From the sequence record SRR20825019_117: a stretch of 64,000 bases of DNA; one strand, written 5' to 3'. This document shows positions 48,217 to 57,124 of the stretch, piece after piece. Under the pieces are notes generated by a model. The model worked only from the letters and a program-made list of their open reading frames with translations. It made no database searches and had not been told where the DNA came from. Each line of letters opens with the position of its first letter. Within the stretch, counting starts at the first letter, position 1. The position numbers were made by a program, and so were the translations under genes.

Positions 48217-49041
48217 ATGAAAAGCCTGAAGCAATCAGCGTTAGTGTTAGCCATCGCGGGCTTACCCCTGAGCGGGTATGCCGAACTCAAACCACTGCAC
48301 GACGCCGACATGGGCCAGATTACCGGCCAGGCCGGCGTTACCATTGAACTCGAAACCCAGGTCACCATGGACGAGTTCACCTACACCGATGAAGGCACGC
48401 TGGGCATCAGCGACATCTTCATTGGCGGTGCGGATCGCATCGATATGTTCGAGGAATTCACCTCCGGGCGCGATGCCATTTTCGGCACCAGCAGTACGGA
48501 TCTGATCGACAACATCAAAATTGAACTGGATGTCGCCGACGATGGCGATGCCATTATCAACGTATTCCCCATCACCGCACGGCCCGTGGACTTCGCCGTA
48601 CGCACCGGCGCCTGGGAGCTGCGGGGCAACGGCGGCGAGAGCACGTTGTTGGCGGACAACTTCTCTGCGGAGGGTCTTATACTCCAGGCCCAGGCAACCG
48701 TGGATACAGACACGGACACCCTCAACCTGACCACCCGGTTCGCCATCGATGAGCTGGAACTGGATGTGCCCTTCATGGCCGTGGGGATTCGTGACATGCG
48801 GATTACCGGCGCTGGTTACGATCCGGACAACCCTTCACTTCTGCCACTGTTCACACTGGTGGATATGGACATCTACAAGGATGCCAATGCGGCGGGTACC
48901 GACAGCCTGGCTATCGACATCAACACCTTTGAAGCCGATATGTCCATCGGCCAGGTGCTGGTGGGAGGCACCTCCATTGGTTCGGTGGGATTGGATGATC
49001 TTGCTATCCGCAACACCTCCATGCGGGTGTACGGGCACTGA
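48217..49041 (+). CDS. DUF6160-like secreted protein (FilA-like N-terminus)
   Basis: Signal peptide then AELKPLHDADMGQITGQAGVTIEL; C-terminal GTSIGSVGLDDLAIRNTSMRVYGH. Confidence 0.8.
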   Translation: MKSLKQSALVLAIAGLPLSGYAELKPLHDADMGQITGQAGVTIELETQVTMDEFTYTDEGTLGISDIFIGGADRIDMFEEFTSGRDAIFGTSSTDLIDNIKIELDVADDGDAIINVFPITARPVDFAVRTGAWELRGNGGESTLLADNFSAEGLILQAQATVDTDTDTLNLTTRFAIDELELDVPFMAVGIRDMRITGAGYDPDNPSLLPLFTLVDMDIYKDANAAGTDSLAIDINTFEADMSIGQVLVGGTSIGSVGLDDLAIRNTSMRVYGH

Positions 49042-49055
49042 CACCCGGCATCGCT

Positions 49056-49078
49056 CTCCGGGCGCAAGCCCGGGGAGC
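49056..49078. terminator. Hairpin between convergent genes
   Basis: CTCCGGGC-GCAA-GCCCGGGG with a GNRA loop. Confidence 0.5.
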
Positions 49079-49098
49079 CCCCAATCTCCGACCGGTCG

Positions 49099-49416
49099 CT
49101 ACAACGCGCCAAAGAGCACCACCATCACGACCGCCAGGAACAGCAGAAACCAGGTGGCGTAACGGTTGGCCCGATCCTCTCCATGGGCAGACGCACTCTC
49201 CGGGGCATTTGCCGATTCGTATTCAGCGACCAGGGTACGAGCCAGGACGTAATCTTCATCCTCAACATGAACATTGGTAAATCCCGCGGCACCTATCTCG
49301 CCCATGGCCCCTTGCAGGTAATGACCGCCAACATGACACTCGATGCCTCTGGACTGCAGGAGGCCGGCGACGATATGGGCTTCGGCCAGATCTCGGGCGC
49401 GATACGCTATTTGCAT
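49099..49416 (-). CDS. DUF2007-family protein with C-terminal TM
   Basis: EAHIVAGLLQSRGI, YLQGAMGEI. Confidence 0.8.
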   Translation of the reverse strand: MQIAYRARDLAEAHIVAGLLQSRGIECHVGGHYLQGAMGEIGAAGFTNVHVEDEDYVLARTLVAEYESANAPESASAHGEDRANRYATWFLLFLAVVMVVLFGAL

Positions 49417-49493
49417 TGGCAGGCTCCGGTCACTTCCAGGAATGTCTTAATTGAACCCTAGCCTGCTTCACGACATTCGTCGATTCTCGCGGG

Positions 49494-49871
49494 TTATTTT
49501 GGCAGTCGACCGGTCCTCTCCAGCCGTTCACCCACCCAGCGGTGATAAAGCTTTGCGAGTGCCGGGCGAATCACCGGTAAGCCAATCAGCCATGCCAGTG
49601 GCTTCAGCAACCACACCCGCGACATCAGCAAAATGTAGGCATCCAGTTCCCGATGAATGTTGCCCCGGCCATCTTCAACATGCAGTTCCTGAAGTGCTGC
49701 AACCGGGTCAATACCCAGCTGTTTCAACTCTTCGTCACGACCGGTGATATCAACCCACTCGACAGCGTCACCGGTTCGGCCCGCCAGCCGTTCATAAAAT
49801 TTGCGATCCCTCACACAGCTAGGACAGGCGCCATCATAAAATACCCGAAGCCGATCTTCTGATGCGGTCAT
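49494..49871 (-). CDS. DCC/DUF393-family thiol-disulfide oxidoreductase
   Basis: VFYDGACPSC (DxxCxxC); start MTASED after GGAGAGG. Confidence 0.88.
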   Translation of the reverse strand: MTASEDRLRVFYDGACPSCVRDRKFYERLAGRTGDAVEWVDITGRDEELKQLGIDPVAALQELHVEDGRGNIHRELDAYILLMSRVWLLKPLAWLIGLPVIRPALAKLYHRWVGERLERTGRLPK

Positions 49872-49978
49872 AGCCCTCTCCATTTGTTTCATCGCATTCA
49901 CTTGATTACACGATAAAACAATGATTACTGTTATCAAAACAATCAGAAAATCGCCGCAAGGGACCAGGTGTAGCGACT

Positions 49979-51205
49979 ATGACCATAGCCAGCCGTATCA
50001 ACGCGCTTTACCAAACCGAGTCACGCCGGGTGCAGGCCACGCTCATTCGCCTGCTTGGCGACTTTGACCTGGCCGAGGAGTCCATGCAGGAGGCCTTCGC
50101 CGCTGCGGTGAAACAGTGGCCTGAACAGGGCATTCCTGACAATCCTGCGGCCTGGCTGATCAAAACTGGCCATCGACGCGGCATTGACCACATTCGCCGG
50201 CGACAGACCGCCCGGGATAACCTTTCCCGCGTCGCCGAGGACGAGCCCTACACCCCAGAGCCGGACACCGACCACATTGACGACGACCTGCTGCGGCTGA
50301 TTTTCACCTGTTGCCACCCAAGCCTTGCCATCGAGGCCCAACTGGCACTGACGTTGCGCGAGATATGCAGCCTTACCACCGAACAGGTCGCCAGCGCCCT
50401 GCTGCAGAAACCCACCACCACAGCGCAACGAATTGTCCGCGCCAAGCGCAAGATACGTGAAGCGAATATTCCCTACGAAGTTCCGGAACGAAAGGAGCTC
50501 CCTCAGCGCCTGCAGAGCGTCCTGAAGGTCGTCTACCTGATCTTCAACGAGGGTTATTCCTCCAGCGAAGGCAACACCGTCGTCAACATCAGCCTCGCTG
50601 GCGAGGCCATTCGCCTGGCCAAACTACTGGCCGAACTGTTGCCGGATGGGGAAGTCTTCGGCCTGTTGGCGCTGTTGCTCCTGCACGATTCACGGCGGCA
50701 TGCGCGCCAGGACGCGAATGGCGAACTGATAACCCTGGAGGACCAGAACCGTACCCTCTGGGACCAGGAGCAGATTCGCTCCGGACTGGCCTGGCTCGCC
50801 CGAGCCCTGGAACTGACACCAGCGGCACCCTATACCCTTCAGGCTTCCATCGCCGCCGCCCACGCCAAGGCCGCCACCGCTTCGGATACCGACTGGGCCC
50901 GTATCGCCAGGCTATATCAGGCTCTCTATCAACGTCAGCCATCCCCGGTCATTGCCCTGAACCACGCCGTGGCGGTGGCCATGCGAGACACACCGGAGGA
51001 AGGCCTGAAGCTGCTCGACCAGTTGGCCGGCCACAAAGCCATCCAGAGTTACTACCTCTATCACGCCGCACGCGCCGATCTCTTTCGCCGTTCGGGCGAC
51101 CTCGCAGGCGCCCGCACTGCTTATCAGAGAGCATTGACCCTCACGCAACAGGGGCCGGAACAACGCTACCTGAGCCGACGGCTGACGGCTCTCGACAGCG
51201 CGTGA
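49979..51205 (+). CDS. ECF sigma factor with C-terminal TPR extension (ECF42 type)
   Basis: GDFDLAEE, DDLLRLIFTCCHP, QRIVRAK, YLIFNEGY, TDWARI, PSPVIALN. Confidence 0.92.
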   Translation: MTIASRINALYQTESRRVQATLIRLLGDFDLAEESMQEAFAAAVKQWPEQGIPDNPAAWLIKTGHRRGIDHIRRRQTARDNLSRVAEDEPYTPEPDTDHIDDDLLRLIFTCCHPSLAIEAQLALTLREICSLTTEQVASALLQKPTTTAQRIVRAKRKIREANIPYEVPERKELPQRLQSVLKVVYLIFNEGYSSSEGNTVVNISLAGEAIRLAKLLAELLPDGEVFGLLALLLLHDSRRHARQDANGELITLEDQNRTLWDQEQIRSGLAWLARALELTPAAPYTLQASIAAAHAKAATASDTDWARIARLYQALYQRQPSPVIALNHAVAVAMRDTPEEGLKLLDQLAGHKAIQSYYLYHAARADLFRRSGDLAGARTAYQRALTLTQQGPEQRYLSRRLTALDSA

Positions 51206-51223
51206 TAAAAAATTTTCCCGGGC

Positions 51224-51250
51224 TGTCGATTCAGCCACCTTCCGTACGAC
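51224..51250 (+). promoter_or_regulatory. ECF42-type promoter
   Basis: TGTCGA-N17-CGAC about 35 nt upstream of the DGPF gene. Confidence 0.7.
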
Positions 51251-51284
51251 ATACAGATAACCACACGCAAAAAGGGAGATTCAC

Positions 51285-51644
51285 ATGAAGTACGTGGCTC
51301 TGGTGTACTACCAGGAAAGCATCATCAACAACATGACGGAACAGGAGTGGCACGACCTCAACCAGGAGTGTATTGCCGGCGTGGAGAAGCTCACCAGTCA
51401 GGGCAAGTTTGTAACCGGCCAACCTCTGCAGCCCATCGACACGGCTACAACGGTGAGAGTCAGGGACGACGAGGTGCTGATCTCAGACGGCCCGTTTGCC
51501 GAAACCAAGGAACAACTGGCGGGTTTCTACCTGCTGGATGCCAACGACCTGAACGAGGCTCTGCAACTCGCGAGCCGTATCCCCCCTGCGCGCTTTGGCA
51601 GCATTGAAGTCAGGCCCGCGCGCGAACTTCCTCCCAAGGACTGA
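51285..51644 (+). CDS. YciI/DGPF family protein
   Basis: DGPFAETKEQLAGFY, IEVRP. Confidence 0.93.
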   Translation: MKYVALVYYQESIINNMTEQEWHDLNQECIAGVEKLTSQGKFVTGQPLQPIDTATTVRVRDDEVLISDGPFAETKEQLAGFYLLDANDLNEALQLASRIPPARFGSIEVRPARELPPKD

Positions 51645-51660
51645 TACCAGGAGATTCAAC

Positions 51661-52014
51661 ATGACGTATGTCGACGGATTTGTAGCGGCGGTCCCTACCG
51701 CCAACAAAGAGCAATACATCAAACACGCCAGCGATGCGGCCGTGGTGTTCAAGGATCACGGCGCCCTCAAACTGGTGGAGTGCTGGGGTGACGATGTGCC
51801 CGACGGCGAGGTCACATCGTTCCCCATGGCGGTGAAGTGCAAGCCCGATGAGACGGTGGTGTTTTCCTGGATACTCTGGCCCTCACGCGAGGCCCGGAAC
51901 AGGGGCATGCCAAAAGTGATGGAAGACCCCCGTATCCAGGCGGATGTAAATCCCATGCCCTTCGATGGGAAACGCCTCATTTATGGCGGATTTGAAACGG
52001 TTGTGGACGAGTAG
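51661..52014 (+). CDS. DUF1428 family protein
   Basis: MTYVDGFVAAVP, ECWGDDVPDG, MPFDGKRLIYGGF. Confidence 0.9.
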   Translation: MTYVDGFVAAVPTANKEQYIKHASDAAVVFKDHGALKLVECWGDDVPDGEVTSFPMAVKCKPDETVVFSWILWPSREARNRGMPKVMEDPRIQADVNPMPFDGKRLIYGGFETVVDE

Positions 52015-52015
52015 T

Positions 52016-52648
52016 CTACCCCAGCCGTTTCAACGCGTTCTCGATGGCCCCCGCCCAGCCATCCGGAGTCTCTTCCCTGAACCCGGACGTGCCAGTATAT
52101 GCACTGGAGATAACCACGTCCGGTGTCAGGGTACCCAGCAACCTCACGCTGCGAGCCAGCTCTTCCCTGTCGCTGACACCCTTGATGTAACCCGCCTGCC
52201 ACTCACCGGACTCCGACAGGAACAGGGTATCGCCGGTGAAGAGATAACGCTTCCCACTCGGAGACAACACCTGAAAACAGGTGCTTCCGGGTGTGTGCCC
52301 TGGCGTCGGGATCACCTCAATGTTGTTCAGTATGGTTTCACGATGATCAAACAGAACGTCGGGATCGCGGATCTTGGCGAACACCTCCCGCTCTCGGACA
52401 TGACCGCCAAGAGTGGCACCAAAGCGTTGATGGATCGTCACCAGCGTCTCCCCCAATTCGTCCTGATGACTAAGGAGTTGATGGGCGACACCACCAAGCT
52501 CTGCCATTCTATCAATCTCGTGATGATGGCCTGTGTTGTAGAACAATACGTTGCCGTCGTCCCGGGTCAGTAGATAGGCGTGGGTTGTCAGCCCCGGAAA
52601 CGGGCTTTCAACATCCGTTTCCCACAAATCAGTCTGGATCTGTCTCAT
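52016..52648 (-). CDS. Metallo-beta-lactamase fold protein
   Basis: LLSHQDE (degenerate HxHxDH), TPGHTPGS, LFTGD. Confidence 0.85.
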   Translation of the reverse strand: MRQIQTDLWETDVESPFPGLTTHAYLLTRDDGNVLFYNTGHHHEIDRMAELGGVAHQLLSHQDELGETLVTIHQRFGATLGGHVREREVFAKIRDPDVLFDHRETILNNIEVIPTPGHTPGSTCFQVLSPSGKRYLFTGDTLFLSESGEWQAGYIKGVSDREELARSVRLLGTLTPDVVISSAYTGTSGFREETPDGWAGAIENALKRLG

Positions 52649-52682
52649 CGCTTCCTCCTGTTGTTGTGTCAGGTTCGACAGC

Positions 52683-52713
52683 AGCTTAAAACCTGAAGTA
52701 AACTTGAGGTCAA
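52683..52713 (-). promoter_or_regulatory. SoxR-activated promoter with SoxR box
   Basis: Minus strand TTGACC-N19-TAAGCT enclosing the palindrome ACCTCAAGTTTACTTCAGGT. Confidence 0.9.
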
Positions 52714-52737
52714 CAAATCCAGCGATTGGAGTTGGCT

Positions 52738-53202
52738 ATGGTGAGCATAGAAAACGGAGAAATTAAAACCGCTCTGAGCGTCGGCGAGGTTGCTGAGCGC
52801 AGTGGAGTCGCAGTCTCAGCCATACACTTCTATGAGAAGAAAGGACTGATCGACAGCTGGCGCAATGCCGGAAACCAGCGACGTTTCCATCGGGGCGTGT
52901 TGCGTCGAATCGCCGTTATCAAAGTAGCGCAACGGCTTGGCATTCCGTTGTCGGAGATCGGCGAAACCCTGGCAACCCTGCCGACCGACCGCACCGTGAC
53001 TTCCCACGACTGGCAGCGGCTCTCCGAGCAATGGAAGTCCGATCTGAATCACCGCATAGAGTTACTGGTCGGACTTCGGGATCAACTCACAAGCTGCATC
53101 GGCTGCGGCTGCCTGTCCATTGACGCCTGCCGGCTACGCAATCCCTGGGACGAGCTTGGCGATGAAGGCCCTGGCGCGAGATTGCTGGATAAAAACGAGT
53201 AG
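52738..53202 (+). CDS. soxR: Redox-sensitive activator SoxR
   Basis: RSGVAVSAIHFYE, RNAGNQRRF and the [2Fe-2S] motif CIGCGCLSIDAC. Confidence 0.96.
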   Translation: MVSIENGEIKTALSVGEVAERSGVAVSAIHFYEKKGLIDSWRNAGNQRRFHRGVLRRIAVIKVAQRLGIPLSEIGETLATLPTDRTVTSHDWQRLSEQWKSDLNHRIELLVGLRDQLTSCIGCGCLSIDACRLRNPWDELGDEGPGARLLDKNE

Positions 53203-53215
53203 CCGATGGGCAGGG

Positions 53216-53629
53216 CTAGAGAGAAACCTTACCCCGCAGTGCCTTGGTTTTACCTTTCCGGGTCTTTTTGTCCACGCGCCGTCGCTGTGATCCCTTGGTG
53301 GGGCGCGTGGGTCGGCGGGCTTTCTGCTGCTTTACCGCATCCTGAATCAGGGCTTTCAGGCGTTCAAGGGCGTCTTCCTTGTTCAGCTCCAGGGTGCGAA
53401 ATTTCTGCGCCTTGATGACAATCACACCTTCCTTGCTAATGCGCTGATCGGACTGTCGCATCAACCGTTCTTTATAGAACGGTGGCAAACTGGAGTTGAG
53501 GACGTCGAAGCGCAGGTGAACGGCGGAGGCTACCTTGTTGACGTTTTGGCCACCGGCGCCCTGGGCCCGGATCTGGGTAAGCTCGATCTCCCAGTCCCCC
53601 AGTTCCACCGCATTGGAAATTTTCAGCAT
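53216..53629 (-). CDS. arfB: Alternative ribosome rescue factor ArfB
   Basis: GAGGQNVNKV and basic tail RRPTRPTKGSQRRR. Confidence 0.95.
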   Translation of the reverse strand: MLKISNAVELGDWEIELTQIRAQGAGGQNVNKVASAVHLRFDVLNSSLPPFYKERLMRQSDQRISKEGVIVIKAQKFRTLELNKEDALERLKALIQDAVKQQKARRPTRPTKGSQRRRVDKKTRKGKTKALRGKVSL

Positions 53630-54615
53630 GACAGGCTCGTTTTTTCGATGGATTCACGCAGGCTGGCATCCAGTTCGTCAACGTCCAGACTTTGCTCGCT
53701 AATAACCTCGAGACGGGACAGTTCTCGTGGTTCGCACTCAGATACCGACAGCGCGCCGTCCGCCATATTGATCGTCCGCCAGCCATCACTGGTTTGAGCC
53801 ACAGCCTTGAACCGGACAAAACGGCTATCGAGCGACAATGCCAGCAGAGCGGTTTCTGAAAAGACCGTGTCTGGATGGACACGCCAGCCCACGCTGAAAT
53901 GCCCCTGCCCACGGTTGCTGACCCGCTGCCACGGTTCGTCCTGGATATCGGGAACCGGCGAGGCTTCCGAAGAGGCATGGTGATGATGCGCGTGGGGCGT
54001 ACTGACCTCGGAGAGCGCGGTCTCCCCGTCGAGCCAGGCGGATTCCAACCGGCCTTGCCGGGTGTGGAAAACAGCCGTCTTTCCCGGCTGCTGCTCGGCC
54101 ACCCAATGATCAAACCGGGCAACCTGCTCCGGTGTGCAAAGGTCGGTTTTATTGGCGATCACAATATCAGCTGCCGCGACCTGATCCTGAAACTGTACGT
54201 TTTCCAGAACCTTTTGCTCTTCAAGCCTTCTCGGGTCGACCAGGCAAAGCACAGGGCCCAGTTGAAGCACATCCTGATAATGCTCTCCCGTCAGGGTTTC
54301 AATAATCTGGGAGGGATGCCCAAGGCCCGTGGGTTCAATCAGCAACCGGTCTGGGCGGGCTTTATGAATTAACTGGTTGAGTCCGATTTGCATCGGTAAC
54401 CCGGCCACGCAACACATGCAGCCTCCTGGCACTTCCCGCACGAAAGCACCTTCGGTTTCCAGCAAGGCGCCATCAATGCCCACTTCGCCAAACTCATTCA
54501 CCAGAACCGCCCACACCTCACCTTCCGGCTTTTTTTTCAGCAGGTCCAGTATGGCGGTGGTCTTTCCCACGCCCAGAAAGCCGAGCACCAGATTGGTGGG
54601 TATTGGTGAAGTCAT
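53623..54615 (-). CDS. COG0523/CobW-family Zn metallochaperone GTPase (YeiR-like)
   Basis: GFLGVGKTT, NEFGEVGID, GGCMCC, EPTGLGHP, NKTD, His cluster HAHHHH. Confidence 0.92.
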   Translation of the reverse strand: MTSPIPTNLVLGFLGVGKTTAILDLLKKKPEGEVWAVLVNEFGEVGIDGALLETEGAFVREVPGGCMCCVAGLPMQIGLNQLIHKARPDRLLIEPTGLGHPSQIIETLTGEHYQDVLQLGPVLCLVDPRRLEEQKVLENVQFQDQVAAADIVIANKTDLCTPEQVARFDHWVAEQQPGKTAVFHTRQGRLESAWLDGETALSEVSTPHAHHHHASSEASPVPDIQDEPWQRVSNRGQGHFSVGWRVHPDTVFSETALLALSLDSRFVRFKAVAQTSDGWRTINMADGALSVSECEPRELSRLEVISEQSLDVDELDASLRESIEKTSLSC

Positions 54616-54655
54616 AGATCGCCCGTGTCGTTCATTGAAAAGGTCGGCAGAACAT

Positions 54656-54674
54656 AGTGTTATAACATAACACT
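54656..54674. promoter_or_regulatory. Zur-box-like palindrome
   Basis: AGTGTTAT-AAC-ATAACACT, a perfect 8-bp inverted repeat 40 nt upstream of the COG0523 gene. Confidence 0.8.
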
Positions 54675-54692
54675 GTAGTATTCCCCTAATAC
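54675..54692. promoter_or_regulatory. Candidate operator for the PfpI-RHH operon
   Basis: GTAGTA-N6-TAATAC imperfect palindrome. Confidence 0.4.
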
Positions 54693-54755
54693 CCGCTGCG
54701 ATTCGCCCGCTGATACTGTATTCAGGCTACCACCAACAAGCACAAGGAGACGGGT

Positions 54756-55325
54756 ATGAACGGTAAAAAAATACTGATGATCACAGGTGATTTCACCGAG
54801 GACTACGAAACCATGGTGCCCTTTCAGGCACTTCAGGCCGTTGGCCACACGGTGCATGCGGTCTGCCCTGACAAAAAGTCAGGAGACACCGTGGCCACGG
54901 CCATCCACGACTTCGAAGGCGACCAGACCTACACCGAAAAGCCGGGCCATCGTTTCGCCCTGAACGCCGATTTCGCCGGACTCAACCCCGCGGATTATGA
55001 CGCGCTTGTCGTACCCGGTGGTCGCGCCCCGGAATACCTACGCCTGAACGATGACGTCAAGAAACTGGTCCGCCACTTCTTTGAAACCGAAAAACCGGTG
55101 GCTGCCATTTGTCACGGCGCACAACTGCTGGCCGCGGCCGGTGTGCTCGAAGGCCGCGAATGCTCTGCCTACCCGGCGTGCCAACCGGAAGTGGAGCTGG
55201 CGGGAGGCCGCTTCGCCGCCATCGACGTTGACGCCGCGGTCACCGATGGTAATCTGGTGACAGCACCGGCATGGCCAGCGCATCCGCAGTGGCTGGCACA
55301 GTTTTTCAAACTGCTGGACAAGTGA
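54756..55325 (+). CDS. DJ-1/PfpI family protein
   Basis: [19 protein letters not shown]. Confidence 0.94.
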   Translation: MNGKKILMITGDFTEDYETMVPFQALQAVGHTVHAVCPDKKSGDTVATAIHDFEGDQTYTEKPGHRFALNADFAGLNPADYDALVVPGGRAPEYLRLNDDVKKLVRHFFETEKPVAAICHGAQLLAAAGVLEGRECSAYPACQPEVELAGGRFAAIDVDAAVTDGNLVTAPAWPAHPQWLAQFFKLLDK

Positions 55326-55372
55326 CGGAAACGGGGCTGCCAATGCAGCCCCGGATTCACGAGGACCACACC

Positions 55373-55741
55373 ATGTGTAAACTCTTCGTCCACGCGGATT
55401 CCGAACTCTGGATCAGCCGCACCCATTCCCTGCGCATCGACGGCATGGTCACCAGTATTCGCATGGAGAACGCGTTCTGGAACGCACTCACAGAAATCGC
55501 CGCCCGGGACGGCATGAACCTGCCCCAGATGATCACCAGGCTTTATCACGAATCCATCGATGCCGGGCATGACCTGGGCAACTTCACCTCCTTTCTGCGG
55601 GTCTGTGCCATGCGATACGTCGCCCTGCAACTCAGCGGCGATATTCCCCGCGACACCCAGATACCCATCGCCTCCCTGGATGCCGACAAGATCCTCGCCA
55701 GGAACATGGACCAGAAGCCCCCCAGCGAAGCCACGCACTAA
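55373..55741 (+). CDS. Ribbon-helix-helix domain protein
   Basis: SLRIDGMVTSIRMENAFW..L.EIA, NFTSFLRV; start MCKLF after GAGGA. Confidence 0.85.
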   Translation: MCKLFVHADSELWISRTHSLRIDGMVTSIRMENAFWNALTEIAARDGMNLPQMITRLYHESIDAGHDLGNFTSFLRVCAMRYVALQLSGDIPRDTQIPIASLDADKILARNMDQKPPSEATH

Positions 55742-55848
55742 ATCCGCGAATATGAGGGGTCTTTTACCAATTTCAGGTAAGATGCCCCCATACACGCCGG
55801 TCGACATCCGATGACCCGCCAGGCCCAACCAGCCGACCGAAAGGATCT

Positions 55849-56709
55849 ATGAAGATACCCAAACGATTGCAGCCCCTTGTCGATGACGGCATGGTGGACG
55901 AAGTGCTCTACCAGTTGATGAGCGGCAAGGAGGCCCAGGTGTTCGTAGTGCGCTGCGGTGACAGTGTTCGCTGCGCCAAGGTGTACAAGGAGGCTCAGAA
56001 ACGTAGCTTCAAACAGGCCGTTCAATACCAGGAAGGCCGTAAGGTTCGTAACAGCCGTCGCGCCCGCGCCATGGGCAAGAAAACCCGCTACGGGCAAAAG
56101 GAACAGGAAGACGCCTGGCTAAACGCCGAGGTGGACGCCCTTTATCGTTTGGCAGGCGCTGGCGTGCGAGTACCGGAACCGTTTGGGTTCGTGGATGGCG
56201 TGCTGCTGATGGAGATGATTGCCGACGAAGACGGCAAAGCAGCGCCACGGCTGGACGATGTCACACTCACGCCGGAGCAGGCCCGGGATTATCACAGCAA
56301 AGTCATTGCTGACGTGGTGCGCATGCTCAGCGCCGGCCTGATCCATGGCGACCTGTCAGAGTTCAATGTACTGGTCGATGCCACTGGCCCGGTCATCATC
56401 GACCTGCCGCAGGCGGTTAATGCTTCTGGCAACAACAGCGCGGAAAGAATGCTGGAACGGGACGTGGACAACATGCGCCGTTATTTTGGCCGCTTCGCCC
56501 CTGAACTGTTGAACACGGATTATGGCAAGGAAATCTGGGCGCTCTATGAGTCCGGCGACCTGCACCCCGACAGCCGGCTGACCGGGTGTTTCGAGCACGA
56601 CACGGAAAGCGCGGATGTGGACGAGCTGATGGCGGTTATTGATGCCGCGAAAGAGGAAGAGCGCGAACGCCTGGAACGCCTGAGGGATGCCGAGGCCGGC
56701 GACGACTAA
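55849..56709 (+). CDS. RIO1-like protein kinase (PA4780-like)
   Basis: LMSGKEA, CAKVYK, IHGDLSEFN, IIDLPQ. Confidence 0.92.
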   Translation: MKIPKRLQPLVDDGMVDEVLYQLMSGKEAQVFVVRCGDSVRCAKVYKEAQKRSFKQAVQYQEGRKVRNSRRARAMGKKTRYGQKEQEDAWLNAEVDALYRLAGAGVRVPEPFGFVDGVLLMEMIADEDGKAAPRLDDVTLTPEQARDYHSKVIADVVRMLSAGLIHGDLSEFNVLVDATGPVIIDLPQAVNASGNNSAERMLERDVDNMRRYFGRFAPELLNTDYGKEIWALYESGDLHPDSRLTGCFEHDTESADVDELMAVIDAAKEEERERLERLRDAEAGDD

Positions 56710-57101
56710 CCGGCCTTCCCCACGAACCGGGCTGCCATACGGTCTGACAACATCAGGTGGGCCAACGCCGGGTACGGCAGGTAATGACTAAGCAGGAACA
56801 GTACTCCCGAGGAATCCAGCCCGGCAGACAGGCCCACATAGGCACCCCAGGCCACGAACAGTGCGCCGAGAAAGCCACCATAGGCCCACAGCACGCGCCC
56901 GCGCTCTTCACTGGTCGGCACCCGTTTCAATACCCGGGCCACCGACCAGCCGATGTAGGCCGCAATCAATGCTGCAATCACCACGGAAACCACCACCCCT
57001 GTCAGCCCGAACAGGAAGCGCGCCAGATAGTTGGTGAGAAAAAACAGAACAACGGCGCTGACGGCGACAATAGTTACCCGCGAACGCTTCAGATCTTCCA
57101 T
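56706..57101 (-). CDS. Hypothetical four-TM membrane protein
   Basis: Hydrophobic ORF filling the gap between genes. Confidence 0.7.
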   Translation of the reverse strand: MEDLKRSRVTIVAVSAVVLFFLTNYLARFLFGLTGVVVSVVIAALIAAYIGWSVARVLKRVPTSEERGRVLWAYGGFLGALFVAWGAYVGLSAGLDSSGVLFLLSHYLPYPALAHLMLSDRMAARFVGKAG

Positions 57102-57124
57102 ACACAGAATCCCGGTCGGTTACA

